Shown here piece after piece: positions 56,581-60,540 of a stretch of 60,540 nucleotides of DNA (its first letter is position 1; the number at the start of each line of letters is the position of its first letter). Source of the DNA: an uncultured virus (IMG/VR IMGVR_UViG_3300027749_002987) (lineage: Duplodnaviria; Heunggongvirae; Uroviricota; Caudoviricetes); IMG/VR virus record IMGVR_UViG_3300027749_002987; one strand, 5' to 3'. The translations under genes and the position numbers were made by a program. The notes below the pieces were generated by a model, which saw only the letters and a program-made list of their open reading frames with translations, was not told where the DNA came from and did no database searches.

Positions 56581-59295
56581 ATGACATTACAAATAAGAAG
56601 AGGCACCAACAGTCAACGAACTGGGATTACTCCTGCAGAAGGTGAATTACTCTATACAACTGATACTAATTTATTGTATGTTGGAGGTAAGACTGGGGGC
56701 ACTGGCAGTTTAGTTGCCGGGGGCATTTCTCTAGCACCTGTACAAACTGTTAACGGCCAAATAGGCAATGTTGCCCTAACTACTGACAACGTCAACGAAG
56801 GTACCTATAATACTTACTTTACAACAAATCGAACAAAAGATGCGGCTGCTGCCTTATTAACAACTGCAACAACAAAAGGCATTACAATCTCATATAATAG
56901 TGTTACTCGTACGCTAACACTGAATGTCATACCTACCGGCATAGCAGGCTCGCTGGCTTATTGGCCAGCGGCTGGAAATACTATAGCGGCATCACAAAAT
57001 CTTGTCTGGGGCGAAGTCGATAATATTCTAACCAATACTGACGGTACATTCCGAATTGTTGCATCATCTAGTGGTAGAAGTGTACTGTTATCTGACACAT
57101 ATAATAATGACAGTCTTGGCAATTCTATTTCTATTAGACGAGGACGAGGAACAAGTATTGTACCGACGTCACTATCTTATTTTGATGATATAGGATACCT
57201 AGCGTTTTCAGGACACACCGGTAATCAATTTCAGCTTGTCGCAAATATAAGAGCAGAAGTTATAGATAATAACGTTAGTGTTGTTGCTGGTCGAGCAACA
57301 ACTGTTAGACCTGTAGTTAATCCTAGAATAGCTATCACCGCGGCATTTGCATCTGGCGGAACTGCTACTTTAACTTTTGCCGCGCAACCTAGTGTTTGTT
57401 TTGTTACAGGTCAAACTATTCTAGTTGCTGGAGTTACCCCAACTGCATTCAATGGAACTTTCGTCATTACAGGAACTCCGACTACTACCCAAGTGCAGTA
57501 TGCACTAGTTGGCACCCTAGGCCCTCAGACAGTCGCAGGATATATCGAAGGTAACATGCCCGGTAGCTTGACCATGAATGTTCAAGATATCAACGGTAAT
57601 ATAAATTCAGTATTACGAGCGACAGGTGTAGGCAGGGTGACTATTGGTCCGTTTTTTACTAACGACGGAGGTAGCGGTAGTTTAGATGTTACCGCAACTG
57701 CCGGCGGCAACAGTTCGATCTTAAGGGTAAGCAATTACTTTAGTGATAACAATCCAGCAATACTATCATTAAGAAAATACAGGGGAACTATTGCTACTCC
57801 AACAACTTTAATTTTTGGAGACATGACTGGACAGATAGCATTTAGATCATATGATGGAACTAATTTGCAGTACACTGCAAAAATTGAATCATCTGTTGAC
57901 GGTACAGTAGCAGCCGGAAAGACTCCGGGAAGTTTAACATTCTATGTAACAAACAGCCTCGGTGTACTAACACTGGCTACAAAAATTGGCAATGACTCTA
58001 CATTATCGCATACCGGCAACGTAGTTATCAGTGGCAACTTAACTGTACAAGGAACAAGTACAAACATTAATTCAACTACTGTTACCGTTGATGACAAAAA
58101 TATTGAACTAGGCAGTGTGGCATCTCAAACAGTTAGTGCTACAGGAACTGTTGGCTCTATCAAGGGCGCACTACTACAAGGCTCAACTACTTTTACAGCT
58201 AGCGGTACTAGTGTTTCCGCAGCCGGAACTTATTCAGGTGTAAGTCAGCTATCTACCAGTGGTACAGGCATAGGTGCAACATTTAATATTACAAAAACTG
58301 GATCCGGAACCAGTTACGCTGGATTCACGACTATCACTGTAGCTACTCCGGGAAGTGGGTATGCGATCGGCGACACCATTCTTATTTCAGGTGCGGTATT
58401 AGGCGGCCTATTAGGCTCAAATAGTTTAACACTAACTGTGGCTACAGCACTAGGAAGTCCATGGGCCGCAACTATTACCGGCATGACGACCACTACTGAT
58501 CTAATTGTCGGCAGTGCAATTTCTGCTACTAATGGTGCTCCGGGAAGTTTAGGTGGGTCTGGAGCTTATATTGTTGCTAGCATTATTGATGGTACAAGTT
58601 TAACTTATACGGCAACTGGCGGTACAACACCAGTTGCTGGCTCAGTTACCAATATTACAACAACAGGTGCAACTGATGTAACTGCCAACGGCGGCGGTAT
58701 TACTCTCAAAGGTACCACTGATAAAACCATAGTCTGGGACAATGCCAATACCAACTGGACTGCAAGTGAACATTGGAACATTGCTTCAGGCAAGAAATAT
58801 AAAATCAACAACGTTGATGTATTAACGGCCACTAGTGTGCTAAACGATGCAAGTCAAACTTCAGTTACCATTGCTGGTAGTGCTACCACAGCATTGAACA
58901 TAGGTGCAAGCGGTGCACCTATCACTGGCTTTGCGGCAACTGCTACTACATCAAGTACAGCTTCTAGCCTAGGGTATCTAGGACTTCCACAAAGTGCTAC
59001 CAACACTAGTGCTACATTGGCCATAGGTGATTCTGGCAAACACATTTATGTGAATACAGCAAGTCAGACTATGACTATTCCAGCAAATGGAACAGTGGCC
59101 TATCCAATAGGAACTACACTTACATTCATAGCTGGTCCAAGTGCTACCACAGTCAGTATTGCTATTACCACAGACACTATGTATCTAGCAGGTACAGGTA
59201 CAACTGGTACACGCACATTGGCCGCACATGGTATGGCCACCGCAGTTAAAGTGGCAGCCACAACGTGGTACATCAACGGAACAGGACTAACATAA
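56581..59295 (+). CDS. tail fibre protein with Mtd-N/hyaluronidase-like N-terminus
   Basis: LQIRRGT......P.EGEL.YTTDT..LYVG; T/G-rich body. Confidence 0.8.
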   Translation: MTLQIRRGTNSQRTGITPAEGELLYTTDTNLLYVGGKTGGTGSLVAGGISLAPVQTVNGQIGNVALTTDNVNEGTYNTYFTTNRTKDAAAALLTTATTKGITISYNSVTRTLTLNVIPTGIAGSLAYWPAAGNTIAASQNLVWGEVDNILTNTDGTFRIVASSSGRSVLLSDTYNNDSLGNSISIRRGRGTSIVPTSLSYFDDIGYLAFSGHTGNQFQLVANIRAEVIDNNVSVVAGRATTVRPVVNPRIAITAAFASGGTATLTFAAQPSVCFVTGQTILVAGVTPTAFNGTFVITGTPTTTQVQYALVGTLGPQTVAGYIEGNMPGSLTMNVQDINGNINSVLRATGVGRVTIGPFFTNDGGSGSLDVTATAGGNSSILRVSNYFSDNNPAILSLRKYRGTIATPTTLIFGDMTGQIAFRSYDGTNLQYTAKIESSVDGTVAAGKTPGSLTFYVTNSLGVLTLATKIGNDSTLSHTGNVVISGNLTVQGTSTNINSTTVTVDDKNIELGSVASQTVSATGTVGSIKGALLQGSTTFTASGTSVSAAGTYSGVSQLSTSGTGIGATFNITKTGSGTSYAGFTTITVATPGSGYAIGDTILISGAVLGGLLGSNSLTLTVATALGSPWAATITGMTTTTDLIVGSAISATNGAPGSLGGSGAYIVASIIDGTSLTYTATGGTTPVAGSVTNITTTGATDVTANGGGITLKGTTDKTIVWDNANTNWTASEHWNIASGKKYKINNVDVLTATSVLNDASQTSVTIAGSATTALNIGASGAPITGFAATATTSSTASSLGYLGLPQSATNTSATLAIGDSGKHIYVNTASQTMTIPANGTVAYPIGTTLTFIAGPSATTVSIAITTDTMYLAGTGTTGTRTLAAHGMATAVKVAATTWYINGTGLT

Positions 59296-59296
59296 T

Positions 59297-59374
59297 ATGA
59301 CAGGTGCAGTAGCAGTAACGCTAGCCGACGTTCAGTCATTGTACGCAACTTACAAAACAAGATTTGGATATTAA
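59297..59374 (+). pseudogene. 25-codon remnant, probably an internally deleted LamG/ConA-type gene
   Basis: MTGAVAVTLADVQSLYATYKTRFGY; tightly spaced between neighbours; end resembles LamG-domain C-termini. Confidence 0.45.
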
Positions 59375-59377
59375 ACA

Positions 59378-60540
59378 ATGTCACTAAACATCTGGACTCA
59401 ACGTTCTGGTTACAGTCTTGGATCATTCCCTGAACAAGTATCGGTTAACTTACCATTACCGTTAATACCTCCGGCGGCGTTTAACGGTGTTCCTCCACCG
59501 TCATATGACGGCACAGGTCATCACCCAACAGTACCATTAAGAAATTCTGCTGGTAGTGCATTTGCCCGATACCCAGTAAACAGCTATACAGATGGCTTAC
59601 ATGCCATGCGTACTGATCTAGCCAATGCTCGCACAGTTAGTAATTTAGTAGTATGGGATCAAGTAAATGAAGGTGAAACTGCTGATCCAACTGGCTATAG
59701 TGGATTTATGTACGCATGGGGTCAATTTATAACTCATGAGCTGGCTAGTGAAAGAACTGGCGGTGCTAATATTGATGTTATAGTTCCAGCAGGCGACACT
59801 AATTTAACACCGGGTAGTCACATACCGGTAACTCGTGCGCAAGTTGCACCCGGTACAGGTATCAATGGGATTGCCGCACTGCCGATCAATGACGTAACAG
59901 GGTGGATCGATGGTAGTGTAGTTTATGGTATTGCATACCCTCCCGGTGTTGCGCCTGTTAGTGGATTTACTAATCCAGTATTATTACGAGAAGGCGGTTC
60001 GATCGCCACTACTGGCAAATTGTTAACATCTAGTAACGGACAATATGGTCCCATCGTTAATGGATCATTTTTGTTCGGCGATCCCCGTGGAACTGAAAAT
60101 CCAGATTTAACTTCAATTCAGACACTGTTTATACGAGAACATAACTGGCATGTAGATCGACTACGTGCGGCTAATCCATCTTGGACGGGTGAACAGTTAT
60201 ATCAACGTGCCCGCAATATTGTTATTGCAGAAGAACAAGTCATTACTTACAAAGAATGGTTACCAAAGATTATCGGTAATAATGCGATATCTGCTTACAC
60301 TGGATTTAAACCTGAAGTCGATGCAAGTATAAAAATAGAATTTGCTGCCGCGGCACTACGCTTTGGCCATAGCATAGTGTCTGGCGCACAAGATCGTGTA
60401 GATGAAGCAGGCAACATTACAGAATCTTTAACTTTAGGACAAGCGTTTTTCTTAACACCTGCACAGTATGAACGCAACGGTGGCGCAAACGGATTCTTAA
60501 GAAAATTAGCCAGCGATATATCTAACAAATTAGATGTATA
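59378..60540 (+). CDS. animal-type heme peroxidase (peroxidase-cyclooxygenase superfamily) domain protein, partial (not in ORF track)
   Basis: open frame to window end; NARTVSN, WGQFITHE, TGWIDGSVVYG, GDPRGTENP, REHN, YKEWLP, FAAAALRFGHS. Confidence 0.9.
   Translation, partial: MSLNIWTQRSGYSLGSFPEQVSVNLPLPLIPPAAFNGVPPPSYDGTGHHPTVPLRNSAGSAFARYPVNSYTDGLHAMRTDLANARTVSNLVVWDQVNEGETADPTGYSGFMYAWGQFITHELASERTGGANIDVIVPAGDTNLTPGSHIPVTRAQVAPGTGINGIAALPINDVTGWIDGSVVYGIAYPPGVAPVSGFTNPVLLREGGSIATTGKLLTSSNGQYGPIVNGSFLFGDPRGTENPDLTSIQTLFIREHNWHVDRLRAANPSWTGEQLYQRARNIVIAEEQVITYKEWLPKIIGNNAISAYTGFKPEVDASIKIEFAAAALRFGHSIVSGAQDRVDEAGNITESLTLGQAFFLTPAQYERNGGANGFLRKLASDISNKLDV

Noticed and set aside
53318..59295. 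Diversity-generating retroelement acting on tail fibres
   Set aside because: No reverse transcriptase and no repeat pair differing only at adenines
41504..60528. Many short antisense ORFs in the ORF track (also elsewhere, e.g. 1327-1815, 18887-19321)
   Set aside because: Shadows of long + strand genes, without RBS or motifs
1..60540. CRISPR array, IS element, integrase, intron or intein
   Set aside because: No regularly spaced repeats, and no transposase, recombinase or splicing motifs seen by eye
1..60540. Stop-codon reassignment as in some jumbo phages
   Set aside because: Genes are full length in the standard code and TAA, TAG and TGA all end genes
1..60540. Bacterial chromosome origin suggested by clpP, infA, erpA and SOD
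   Set aside because: These genes sit among phage-type small ORFs, T4-like late motifs, an ATP-dependent ligase and tail genes, without their usual bacterial operon neighbours

Overview
The window is a 60.5 kb segment of a large T4-like (jumbo) tailed phage genome, read in the standard genetic code. A proteobacterial host is inferred from sigma70-type promoters and the host-like ErpA and IF-1. Layout: (i) 1-3.8 kb and 16.7-35.4 kb are + strand early-type operons (TTGACN-17-TATAAT promoters) with small unknown genes, a kinase, phosphatases, IF-1, an MBD4-like glycosylase, peroxiredoxin, ClpP, ATP-dependent DNA ligase, MazG-like and YccA genes. (ii) 3.86-16.67 kb is an AT-rich, strand-switching island of tailoring enzymes (Fe/2OG-type oxygenases, GNATs, three SGGxDS adenine-nucleotide hydrolases, a desaturase, a cupin, a PurD-like ATP-grasp), with every unit headed by a T4-late-like TAAATA motif. 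(iii) 35.4-41.5 kb holds a fibre-like protein, QueD/PTPS, a methyltransferase, UvsE, SOD and ErpA. (iv) 41.5-60.5 kb is a virion/tail module that includes a 3934-aa protein. The most notable observations are tandem phycobiliprotein-like C-x-R-D repeats in the giant virion protein, an animal-type heme peroxidase ORF in the tail module (absent from the ORF track, truncated by the window), a preQ1-I-like pseudoknot in the queD leader, a tRNA-shaped RNA with no anticodon loop, and apparently leaderless late mRNAs. All family calls come from motif recognition by eye; no searches were run.
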